NCBI RefSeq assembly: GCF_009914755.1
Contig: NC_060930.1
Reading direction: 5' to 3' (one strand)
Origin: the human T2T-CHM13v2.0 reference genome, Homo sapiens
DNA length: 64,000 nucleotides
Shown: positions 13,286 to 25,254 of the stretch, piece after piece
Numbering within the stretch: position 1 is the stretch's first letter
Layout: every line of letters starts with the position of its first letter
The notes under the pieces: model-generated
Database searches by the model: none
What the model was told of the DNA's origin: nothing
Seen by the model: the letters and a program-made list of their open reading frames with translations, nothing else
Position numbers and translations under genes: made by a program

Positions 13286-14039
13286 TGTTTCTAATATGAA
13301 CTAATAGTATGCCTCTTACTGAGCTTCCAAGTATGAGTTCAGAGATGAACAAGACTGCAATTCTGGCACCCTGACAGCTCAGCCAGCTTCTCTTCTGGGG
13401 CGGGGAGGGGGGGCGGTTGTAGACTGGCCTCAGCTGATTTAAATTTGTTGCTCTGGGGTTTAACCTAGGTGGAGGCAGTTCTGTGAGCATTTTCCAACCA
13501 TTTGAAGTGTCTAAGACATCTATAGGACACCTGGCAATAGATGAAGCTCACATGGTTTAGGACAAGTTGGGTGTGAGTTGGTATGGATTATATCTGGAGT
13601 GATCAACTTTTGCTGGAACTAGACCTGGTTTAGGAGCTTAGGATAAAGATGGACAAGGTGCCATTTATACAGACGTTGGCTTGCCACTGTCTGGGCCCAT
13701 CAGTTCCACATGTGTGCATGTGATTTATAGGTCTGGAATGCAATCAGCGTTTGTTAGAGCAAATAACATCCATTTCAATTTCTGCTGTGGAATGACCTTC
13801 TGTTGTACTGACAGATGCTGCCCTGAGCCTGGGCTCATATATTTCCCAGGTACCCCTGGAAATTCATGCATCTTAACATTGATGACTGGGAATGTGTAAA
13901 AAGTGGACAGTAATGAATGTTCACAATGTACCTGTTTTATGGAGGCAATTTCTACTTTAGTTGAGTTACCTTCAGAGGCTTTTAAAGTTGAGCAAAAGTA
14001 CAAAATCCTATGAGCTCTGAGACAAATAGGTGTACTAAT

Positions 14040-14379
14040 CGTATTAGTCCATTTTCATGCTGCTGATAAAGACATACCTGAGACTGGAAAGAAAAAGAGG
14101 TTTAATTGGACTTACAGTTCCACATGGCTGGAGAGGCCTCAGAATCATGGCGGGAGGTGAAAGGCACTTCTTACATGATGGGGGCAAGAGAAAAATGAGG
14201 AGGAAGCAATAAACCCTTCAGATCTCGTGAGACTTACTCACTATCACGAGAATAGCACAGGAAACACCAGCCCCCCATGATTCAATTACCTGTCTTTGGG
14301 TCCCTCCCACAACACATGGGAATTCTAGGAGATAGAATTCAAGTTGGGGTTTGGGTGGGGACACAGCCAAACCATGTCA
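14040..14379 (-). mobile_element. THE1 (THE1C-like) MaLR solo LTR
   Basis: gtattagtccattttcatgctgctgataaagacatacc...gacacagccaaaccatgtca; 5-bp TSD CTAAT on both sides. Confidence 0.93.
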
Positions 14380-14399
14380 CTAATTTAATATTTTTTCCC

Positions 14400-15800
14400 A
14401 TTCAGATATTCTGATTATAAAACAAAGGCATACCCACTGAAGAACATTTAGGAAAAAATAGAATTATAAAAAGAATAAATTAAATTCTAATTTTGCTATG
14501 AAGAGGTAATCACTGTCAATTTTTAGATGAGTTTCTTCAAATGTTACTTTTAATGGATGAATATACATTTATTTGTGAGTAAAACAGGGATTATGCAATG
14601 TGAAGAAATTTGCATCTTGATTTTATGCTTAGCACATATTGTAAACATGTCCCATGTTATTCAGTAATCTCCAGAAACATGATATTGATGCCGCCTGACA
14701 TGCCATGGTCTATTTAAATGTGAGTTATAAAACCATTGATCTAATATTAAATGATATGTTTCTTGAAAATTTTCACTATTATAAGTAATAGTGAAAATGA
14801 GCATCCTCATTTTCCTGCACTAAATACACTTCTAGGAACCTATATTCAGAGTCCAAAGATTTGCAGAAAAGGATGCTCATTGCCACAATGAAAATGTGGC
14901 AGTGAGGATGCTCTTCTGTACATCTTTGATTGGACCGTGAGCACAGGTTCCTAGAAGTGTCTTTAGTGCAGCTAAGGGCATATACACTTCAGAGACATTA
15001 ACACAGTATTTCCAAGGTTGTTCTCCCAAATTTCCTGGGTTAACTTCCCACATCAGTGCATGGCGGTGGCTGTTTCTCCGCACCCCACCAGCACTGAGAA
15101 TGCTCATGTGTAGTGCTCTGTGTTCTACTATTTTTGTTCTGTCCTGTGCAGATTTCTAATATTTATCTTCAGTTGCTATTGTTAATCTTTAAAATTGACG
15201 TTTCTCATTATACAAATGTTAACCACACTGAAATATACAAAGTGAAAAGGAAGACTCCCCTCTCCTTCTCACCACCCAAAGACAGCTGCAGTTAATAGAT
15301 GTGCACCTTTCCAATCCCTTCTCCCCTCTGTAAAATCTTACATAGGCGCAGGCAAATGTAAATATGTATAATAAAATTAGAATCTTATGCATCCACTATA
15401 TCATCCATTTGCTTTTTTCCATTTAAAATACAGGCATTTTTCTATGTCAGTATGTTTAAAGAGTATTTCTTTATGTAGATGTAAAATGATTTACTTCATT
15501 ACTGTCTTACAAAAGATGAGGCAATGAACATGCATATACATTCATTTTGACTGGTTATTGTGCCTATTTTTGCAGAATAAATTTCAAATGGAATTGTCTA
15601 TCTAATTGCTTCAACAGCTGTCTCCAAACTGACTCCAAAAAATATTGGGCTAATTTATGCTTCTGTCAAAAGTGCATGAAAGTGCTCATTTCCCCACATC
15701 TGCATGAGCAATGGGTATTACTGACATTTTAATTTTTTTCACTCTGTTGGGTGAAAAGATTATCTCATTATTGTTTTAATTTGAGTTTCTTGGTTTTCTT
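14400..15800 (-). mobile_element. Highly diverged L1M(E)-like 3' fragments
   Basis: T-rich; motifs such as ttcccacatcagtgcatg...tttctccgcaccccaccagcact and tgggtgaaaagattatctcattattgttttaatttg typical of antisense old L1 3' ends. Confidence 0.5.
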
Positions 15801-15935
15801 ATAATTATTCTTTCTCCTTTTTCTATCAGAAATGGTTATGAATTGTGATATACATTTCTGTTTTATCCACTGTATTTGGATGGAGAGAAATGTATAAAAA
15901 CGTTCTAATAGTTTTGATTTTAAGATAAAAAAGCT

Positions 15936-16244
<309 letters not shown>

Positions 16245-16311
16245 AAAAAAGCTTACCCCACCTCCTCTTTCAACTACTGCCTTTTTTTTCCATTTTTTTC
16301 TTTGTCAACAA

Positions 16312-16342
16312 TGTGTATGTGTGTGTGTGTGTGTGTGTGTGT
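16312..16342 (+). repeat. (TG)n microsatellite
   Basis: TG run. Confidence 0.95.
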
Positions 16343-16364
16343 ATTCCTTCTTGATGTCTTACTG

Positions 16365-17200
16365 TGAATCCTTATGGTAATCTCAAACTTAATTTGGCCA
16401 AAGTAGAATTTCCTTCATAAATTTGCCCTCACACAGCCATATTCATCTCACAAACTAGGTCCAGCAGTTGCTTAAGGCAAAAATCTTGCCATTCTCTTTT
16501 CTTCTTCCGGGTTTATTTCAAGAACACAAGTAGGAGCTGCCGTTTTGAACCCTGGGAGCATCCTCAAGCGTGCCCACCATAGCCTCACCTGTGCACACCA
16601 TTATGGTGTCTTGCCCCAGCCCGTGGAAAAGGCTTCTCCGCAGGAGTCCCTGCTTCCATCCTGGTCCTTCACACTCAGCACCCAACACCGTCTTTCCAAG
16701 ACATGGATCAGATCCTATCACCTCTTGCTTAGAATCTCTATAGGTGTCCCAACTCGCCTACGATAAAACCCAACCTTGTCCCCTGGCGGGCACAGTTCAG
16801 TAGCTCCCTGGTCCTCACGTTGAGCCCCTTCTCTCCCCTCCGCTATTCCAGCCACACTGGCCTGCAGACAGGCAATCATTCCCACCTCGGCTGTGGGCTG
16901 GCTCCTCCCTCCACCGGGACTCATTCCTCCCGAGTGGGCTCCATCATCTAGCCCTCAGCCTGAGTGTGACTCACTGAGCACACACCTGACCCTTTATTCA
17001 GTAGCCGCGCAGCCACACTCCATCCCATCTCCTACTGGACTGCCGTGCTCCACGATACCTCCCACGGATGCGTTTCTGGCCTGATGCTTGGCGCTCTGGC
17101 AGTCTGTGTCATTCACCGCTCTGCCTCTGCCGCCTGGAGACGTGCCGGGCACGTACCGGGTCCTTGGTAACTGCGGAATTCGCTAATGAATGGGTGGACG
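16365..17200 (+). mobile_element. L2 LINE 3' fragment
   Basis: atctcaaacttaatttggccaaa, atcagatcctatcacctcttgcttagaatc, tccagccacactggcc and terminal gaatgg motifs of L2. Confidence 0.65.
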
Positions 17201-19179
17201 AATTCCCCTCATACCTGCACTTTCATGGTTGTGTCTTTATGGCTTTATGTGGTTCCCTAAGGCTGGAATTCACCTATCTGTTCACTAATTCTGTTTTTCG
17301 AGATAATTTCTAAACTTCTGTCCTGCAAGGCCCTTGCTAAAACCCTCCCTCATCCCCATGCACCTGACCGGATCTCTCTCTTCTTTGAATCTCTACAGCA
17401 CCTGGGGCTTCTCACTGACACGGACATTTTGCTCCCTATTTTGTAGCGTCTTTGTCTTTGTCTAATTATTCCTTAGAATTTAAGAGTCTTCATGCCACGA
17501 GTTATGTGTTTCTTACCGTTGTTTCTTCCATGGCACCGTGCATGGCAGCACACTGAGGCTGGTGATCTATAGACATTTGCCACATTGAACCCATTTTTAC
17601 CCTCCTAGAATTGCACAGTATTTTAGGGCTAACAAAAATGCTTCATGAAATACCCTCTTGTGTAGTTCCTGCTTTCAAGCAAGCTATTCTGCCCTTGCTA
17701 TCGGAGCTCCATAGACTCCCAATTGGGGTGACGTGTTGTAGTCGGGAATGTGCTGTGCACTAGATCTGAGAACATTTGGTAGCAATTCCATCTAAAATCA
17801 GGGTTCCTCTTTCTTCCCAAATCAAAATTCATTAGCATATCTATGGAAACAGTCTTCCAGCCTTTATTTTTCTTAATTTGACAAAGCCACATGGGCTCTG
17901 CCTGTCTGTCAGTGTTTCTCCCAGGACTGTCATATTTCCAGCTTCATGATGAATTGGGCTGCGGGTATCTGACATCTCTGAGCTCGGGTGGCTGGTGACA
18001 TCACCGCAGGGCATCTGCACGCTGTCTAAAATGACAAGGCCTGACACTCAGCCCAGCTTCCTCCCCTCGCTTGAAGGGGCTCAGAAGGGAAAGCCTGTGG
18101 GCAGAAGCTCAGCTGGCATGTCCTGCAGGGAACGGTGCCTCCTGGGGGTGGTTTTGCTCCTCAGGGCTCTCAGGGGCTGGTATAATAGACAGCTGGGCAG
18201 TTGAGGGAGGGAGAGGAGATGGCTGGCCTTGCCCAGTGCTTCCCTGAAACCTCAGTATGAAACATGACATCATGGACAACTCCTACCCCAAAAAAGTCTT
18301 TACCATAGTAATCCGGGCACTTCGACTTTACTAGAACTTTAACCTTGTTGCCAGAACTGGCTTTTTTACCTTACAAGTCTCCAATTCCCCTCAGGGCAGC
18401 TGATCCTAAGTGCCTTCTTTAAAGAAGGCAGTAGATTAGAAATAGGATCCTCATCCCCCAACTTTCTCTGCACTACTGGATTGGCAAGTTTCAAACAACA
18501 TAATTTTGTCTGCTACCAATGAATATGCCAACCATAACAGCACTTCCCTTGACAGTCATTATTTTAGGGCTTCCTATGGAACTTACTTTGCTTAAACAAG
18601 TTGTAGGATTGATTTTTTTACTTCTTAATGCCGTCTGCTTTTTCACTTTCAGCATATTTTTTTAGAAGCAGAGAGGAGCCTCAGCGTTTCTGGGGCTTAG
18701 TGGCAGGGGTTTGCCCCATGCCGTGGGTGGGAGTGACAGCTGGAACATGGGAAGGCAGAGATGGGGGGGAAGTGGCTGGGGGCTTCTGTGATTCTGAGAT
18801 GTTGGTGGGCAATGACTGGCAAATCTTAAAAATCACTGGAACTAGATAAAAATTTTGCCTCTCTGCCACCCATTCACCGTTTTCGAATTTCCACTGCTTC
18901 AGTAACATCTAGTTCACTCCTTTCATCTCTTTTAGGAAAACCATTGAACTAGAGGAGACGAGCAGGCTAGTGCATGAGAATATTTAAAAAGTACGTCCTT
19001 CAAAGAGCAACCCACTGCAGGGCAGCTGCCTCTGCAGGATGGGTGCATGAGTATCCGAGGAGCACCATGCACCCAGTTCTAGCATGGCCCAAGCAAGGGT
19101 GCCGGGGAGCTTGAGCAGGACTGGAAGTCTTGCTTCCCGGGAGGTGGTAATAGCACCAACAACAATGGTGCCAGCTCAC

Positions 19180-19390
19180 AGGTTTCCAGCACTTTCAAAG
19201 GCAATGGGTGCTGGGCTCAGCTATCACCCACCTGAGATCTCAGCTTACCCTTCCAGGGAGGAAGATACCATTCTCAACCCATTTTACTGAGCAAGATATT
19301 TAAGCTTCAAAGGAATAAATAACTTCTCTGAAAGTGCAAAGGTATTAAATGATAGAGCTGAGATTCAAACCCAGATCTGTCTGATTAAGG
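19180..19390 (-). mobile_element. MIR SINE
   Basis: cccattttactgag...gagctgagattcaaacccagatctgtctga. Confidence 0.7.
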
Positions 19391-20467
19391 AGTTCATCCA
19401 AATTCATTATCACAAGATATGACTCAGGCCACGGAACTGAGGGATAATTCTGGGCTTTTGCGGTTGGCGTGGTGGCTGACAAACATAGTTTTCTGAGCCA
19501 TTTGATAGAAATCGAATTAACTCCAGGTCCTTCAGATGCTCCAGGTGGCTGTTGCTTCTGCTACCTCTTTGCCAACCCAATGTGCACGAATGTGTAGAAC
19601 CACGTACACTGCCCCAGGTCACTTCAAGACAAATAATGGTGTATGCGGGGTGGAGTGCAGAGGGACAGTATAGGGCAGGGTGCTCAGTTCTTTGTTTTCA
19701 TACTAGTGTACCTGCCTGGAGAAGAGTGGCAGGGAGGAAGTGTGGTGTGGCCTGTAGAGAACTGGGCTAAAATAGACAAAGTCACTGACAACACCAGGCA
19801 GTTCCATGCAAAACTCATAGAGAATCTTTGGTCTCGGGTGGAAGGTGAGGCTGAGAAATGGAACGATCTTGGGCAGCTGATGTCAAAGGCTGATTCCTCG
19901 TCAATATTAGCCTGAACTTTTTTCATTTCGTTGTGTCATACTGTCTGAAGTTCACAAGCCTACCAGTTGTTTAATCTTTTTGGTTAACATGGACCCTAAA
20001 AATGACAAATGCCTTTTGAAGGATCAATAATTTATTAATCAGGAACATGTTGATATAAATTCATTCAACCAAACGGCTTTTTTCTAACACTTAAGATTAA
20101 CCACACTAGGAAAATGGCAGTAGTACTTGGGCAGAGATGAAAGTAAACTTCCAAACATAGAGAAGGGAAGTTAACATCCATCAGGGCCTCCCATTTGCCA
20201 ACCGCTCACAGTGACCATATATAGTGAGGCAGATGCTGCTGTCTTCCATGTGACAGATGAGGAAACTGAGGCTTAGAGAGGGGAAGAGTGAGTGAAGGGG
20301 CCTGAGACAGAGCTGGACAGAGGCAGCTAAGCAGGAGAAAGCCAAGGGACAGAAACTTCTAGAAGGTGGTGGGAGAGGTTGACAGTGACTACTTCCCTCT
20401 CTCTAGACCTCATGAGAACACGATCTTCTGTGAACATAAGGTCTATTATCTGTCAAGAATCAGTAGC

Positions 20468-20838
20468 TGCCGTGGACCGGATGTTTGTCTTTCATCCCCC
20501 ACACCCCAACTTATATGTTGAAGCTTTAATCCCCCTGGGATGGAGTTAGGAGGTGGGGCCTTTGGGAGGTGGTTAAGTTTAGATGGGGTCACGAGGGTGG
20601 AGCACATGATGGAATTAGTGCCCTTATAAGAAAAGGGAGAGACCAGCACCCTTCCTCTCTCTGCCACGTGGGGAGACAGTGAGAAGGTTGCAAACCAGGC
20701 AGAGGGCCCTCCTCAGAAACCAAATTGACAGGCACCTTGATCTTGGACTTCCCAGCTTCCAGAACTGTGAGAAATACATTTCTGTTGTTTAAACCACCCA
20801 GTCTATTGTACACTGTTATAGCAAAGTGAACTGACAAG
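20468..20838 (+). mobile_element. MLT1A-type MaLR solo LTR
   Basis: tatgttgaagc...gggcctttgggaggtggttaag...ggcaccttgatcttggacttcccagcttccagaactgtgagaaatacatttctgttgtttaaaccacccag. Confidence 0.88.
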
Positions 20839-21555
20839 AAGGTGGCTTAGGTTACCACTTTCTTTTGTATTCAAACATATTCCCTTGAAATGAAGCCCTC
20901 GCTGTGTTGTGTGGGTTTGGATTCTCCAGTGTCTCCTCACACGCTCACTCACAAATCACTTTCTAGGGTTGGCTTCTTTTCAGATAGCTGGCTCTACCCA
21001 TTACATATTGATTCTGAGTTTCTGTCTCATGAGGCTCCTTAGTTTCCAGTTCTTCTGCATGCCTTATTTGTGCAGTAATGGTACATTTCTCTAGAGTAAG
21101 AGGGTCTTGATAATTTTGCATAAGCTGAAAAGAAAAGGGCAGGTGCAGCACAAATGGTTGTGACTTGCAAGCACTGCAAAGAGACACCAGCCACCGGGAA
21201 AGCGGTGGTTAACGTTGGCTCCACGCCCTTGTTCCTGCATCTGCCCAACATGGACAAAGATGCTGCATGGACCAGCCTTCCTCTTGTGAAGAGGAGCTTG
21301 TGCTCTGTAAAGCCTTACTGTGGTGCGCCTCAGGGGAGCAGGGTCCCGGACAACCATCTCCACGCCAACAGGGCGGCCATCTTTGGTAGCATTTTGTGCC
21401 TCATAACGTGTTTTAAATTAAAATACGTCATGTTTTTCTTCTCTACTAAGGCCTTACTGTTGTGTCGGAAAACAATTACAGAGATTGTACTAATTAATTT
21501 GGTCTTATTTTATCCATTTAGAGTGCAAGGGTCTCAAACTGTATATGGAAATTGA

Positions 21556-21873
<318 letters not shown>

Positions 21874-22139
21874 GATATGGAATTTCTCAATGGGAACCCA
21901 AATCTCTGGCATTTTGGTCAGCAGGTTTCAGAAGGAGTTACGTGATAAAGTCGCTCCCATACAATTCTGTTTTGGCAAACTCTCGCTTACTCATTGACTA
22001 TAACCACCATGTGTTGGGAATTGTGCCAGAGCTGTTGGGGAAATGGTGAACCACACAGTTAGTCAATCAGGAAGAAGCAGGTGTATTAAGGACTTACAAT
22101 GTGAAAGAAAGGGTGATGCCTTGCTTATGGTTGTCAGCG

Positions 22140-22352
22140 CAGGGTTTCTCAGCTGCAGCCTGATTGCCATTTGAGGCCAGATAATTCTCTGTATGGGGCT
22201 GCCCTGTGCACTGTAGGACATATAGCAGCATCCCTGGCCTCTACCCACTAAGAGCCATTTATTACATGACTCCAGTTATCACAACCATGAATATTTCTAG
22301 ATATTACTAAATGTCCCCTGGGGCACCAGTTCTTCCTTGGGGAGAACCCCTG
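22140..22352 (-). mobile_element. MER20 hAT-Charlie DNA transposon
   Basis: cagggtttctc...gcagcatccctggcctctacccacta...aaatgtcccctgggg...gagaacccctg, reverse complement of MER20. Confidence 0.9.
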
Positions 22353-22544
22353 ATTTAAGGGAGTGGAGGGAAAGCTTTGAGGAAGACAGTGGCATCAAAT
22401 AGAAGATGGGGATGCGGTAGGAGGTGGGTACATGGGTATTGAGGCAGGAGCCAAGTATCCTTTTTCAGAGACCAAGAAAGCTCAAGAACACAGAATTGGA
22501 GGTAGGAATTGTGTTTGGAAATAAGAAGTCATTCTTTAAATAAA

Positions 22545-22715
22545 AATAGCTGCCATTTATTGAGTCCTGAGTTAATGTCAAATGTTTTAAATGCACCAGC
22601 TCATGTGATCTTCACAGTCACTCATTTTTCAAATATAAAAATCAAGGCTTGGAGAGATGCAGTGACCTGGTGAAATTACAGCTTTGTATCGGCAGGCACA
22701 GGAGTTTCTTTTGGG
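22545..22715 (-). mobile_element. MIR SINE fragment
   Basis: atagctgccatttattgag...catttttcaaatataaaaatcaaggcttggagag...tgacctg. Confidence 0.65.
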
Positions 22716-22793
22716 GCTCATAATCAATATTCTAAAAATGGATCTCATCCTTGTGTCAGGTGCTATTTCTGTTTCCTCCTTGCCTTTCCTAGG

Positions 22794-22936
22794 CCTGTGA
22801 GAAATGGGCTCTTGGAGATGGTGGCATCTCCCATGGTGCATGGAACAGGAGGGAGCGGGAGGGCTGGGGAAGGGTGGACTGAAGACACAGTCCTGCAGGG
22901 ACCAAATAGAGAGAGGCAGCTTTTTGTTTTTTTAAA
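22794..22936 (+). repeat. Local dispersed duplication 2 (143 bp), copy A
   Basis: Identical to 25112-25254 except one substitution (aacAgg vs aacGgg). Confidence 0.97.
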
Positions 22937-23109
22937 ACATCTGCATCTGGAACGATGCAGATCAGTGGGCAACTCTATGATTAAAACAAATGTGTCATTT
23001 CATCACCTGAGAGATGGAGATGGGGGCAATCCTCATCAGAGGAATGAGAGTTTCCCAAAACCACTTCTATTCCGTTTTCAGGGGCATCTGTGTGTTTTGT
23101 TAGTGGGAA

Positions 23110-23575
23110 CTTCCCTGCTCAGAATAAAAACCAAAGTCCTTACAGTGACTGCCTTTCCCCATCTCTCAGTTCCTCCTCCGACCACCCACCCCTATTCAGT
23201 CACTCTCCGGTCCCTGCTTCTTGGTGGTCCTGGGCCCCCTGGCCATGTTCCGGGCCATCTTAGGGCTTTTGTACATGCTGATTCTTTTGCCTAAAATGCT
23301 CTTCCCAGTAAGCTGCTTGGCTAAATCCCTCACCTCCCCTAGAGGTTCATTAAAACAGCACCTGTCAGTAAATTTCCCTTTTCTCGATAGCAATGATCTT
23401 TGAACATACTAATGTATTTTATGTATTTCATTCGTTGTCTGTTTTCTTCCTCTAGAATGCAAATCTCATGAAGGTGAGAAGCTGCTCTGCTATTCTCACT
23501 GCTGTAGGCTCGGAGACCTCAGAGCAGTGTCCAGCATGTAGTAGGTGCTATTCAAAATAATTTGAATCAATGAGT
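23110..23575 (+). mobile_element. L2 LINE 3' end
   Basis: cagaataaaaaccaaagtcctta...ctagaatgcaaatctcatgaagg...cagcatgtagtaggtgct...tttgaatcaatga. Confidence 0.75.
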
Positions 23576-24339
23576 CAGTTTCCTTGTTGGACAGGCTGAT
23601 TGGGTAAAATGAAGCATACATGCAAGGGTGTGTCCATGGTGCATGTAGAAAGCGGAACGCCATCTGGAGAACCACATTCCTATGCTGCTCCACTTGAGTG
23701 GCGGCCACTCTCTCCACCTGCCCAGTCCACCACGGAGGTCCCAGGAAGAGCGGTAATGATACAACCTGGTGCTTTTCTGCATAGTCACGGTCTGTTGGAT
23801 CCTTGTGAGTTTGAGCTTGTCTTGGCATGAAAAGAATAATCACATTTGGGGGAATAAAAGTAATTACTCTATATTGCTTAATATACCTAATAACTGTTTA
23901 ATAAAGGATATAAAAATTTCCCTGCTTTTCACCTTAGTAAATGTCACTCAGTCTACAACCTAATTACTTCAATTTTCCATTTAGAAAATTAATTCATTTC
24001 GATGGTATGAAAAAGCAGCTGAGAAATTTTCCTTTCTGGCCACAGCCTTAGCAACTCAGATGAGTTCACAGACCTCTCAGTTCTCAGAGGTCAAGAGCAG
24101 AGCTTTCCAAGTCAGCTAAATGGACTTCCACCTATGGCACTGCTCCTGGCGTCTGACCTGAAGTAAATCAATTAAAGCAGATATGAGATGCTCAGATTTC
24201 TCTCCCTCCCTGTCTCTCTTTCCATTTCTTCTTGCAGACTTGCCTGATCCAGAGATCTTAGCAGCAACATTAAATATGATAGGACTTCAGTGTCTCTGTG
24301 TCTTAGTTTTCCCATTTGTGAAGGGGAAGGAGGAAATGA

Positions 24340-24670
24340 AATTAATTGTCAAGTACCTACTGTGTGTTAGATATTTAGCTAGGCATTCTGTATATCTTTT
24401 TTCATTTAATTCTCATACCTTTGTTAAGTGAATAGAGGAATGGATGAATAATGATTAATATTGGCTAACGTTTAATAAATGCCCACTGTCTTTCAAGTGT
24501 TATGCTAAGATTTTTACATGAATTTTCTCAGTTAACTCACATCACAGCTGTGTGAGGTAAGTGTTGTTATTATTAACCTAATCTTCTAGGTAGGAAAATG
24601 GGGGTTTAATAAAGGTAATAATTTGGCCAAATCATATAGCTTATAAGTAGTCGAGCCTGATGGATAGGTA
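24340..24670 (-). mobile_element. MIR SINE fragments
   Basis: aagtacctactgtgtgttag...tcatttaattctca and ctaggtaggaaaatggggg...aaggtaataatttggccaa. Confidence 0.6.
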
Positions 24671-25111
24671 TTATGTTTTCCCAGTTTAAACAAAGCTCAC
24701 AATTTTTCAATCCCCTTTTCAAGATCGCCAAGCTAGTATGTGGCAGGTCGGACTACAAAGTATTTCTTTATTGTATTACATGCTTAGCTTCTTCTCAGTG
24801 GCTTCCCACGGCCTGTGTGATGCTCTATTTAACACTGAGATAATCCTTGGATGCAAAATTGTGATGGGCTGCAAAGGCACTTGTGCAGTGCGGTGCACGC
24901 CAGTCATCAGAGCAGAGGTCCTGCCGCCGTGGACCTGCCAAGCCAGCGAGCTCCGTGTCACTGCCCAGTGGGGCTGGGCCTCCCACACGCTTCCCAGTGG
25001 AAGATTCTGTCCTCCAAGTGTGAGGCCTGGCAAGTCCCTGGCTGAGGGAAGGGCTGAGTCACAGCTACTTCTGTGGTCCCTGCGACAGAGCAGGGAAGCT
25101 GCAGGGAAAGC

Positions 25112-25254
25112 CCTGTGAGAAATGGGCTCTTGGAGATGGTGGCATCTCCCATGGTGCATGGAACGGGAGGGAGCGGGAGGGCTGGGGAAGGGTGGACTGA
25201 AGACACAGTCCTGCAGGGACCAAATAGAGAGAGGCAGCTTTTTGTTTTTTTAAA
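25112..25254 (+). repeat. Local dispersed duplication 2 (143 bp), copy B
   Basis: See 22794-22936; offset 2318 bp. Confidence 0.97.

Noticed and set aside
23650-23675. Possible CTCF motif (minus strand tctccagatggcg)
   Set aside because: Only a partial match; cannot be supported without PWM scoring or ChIP data
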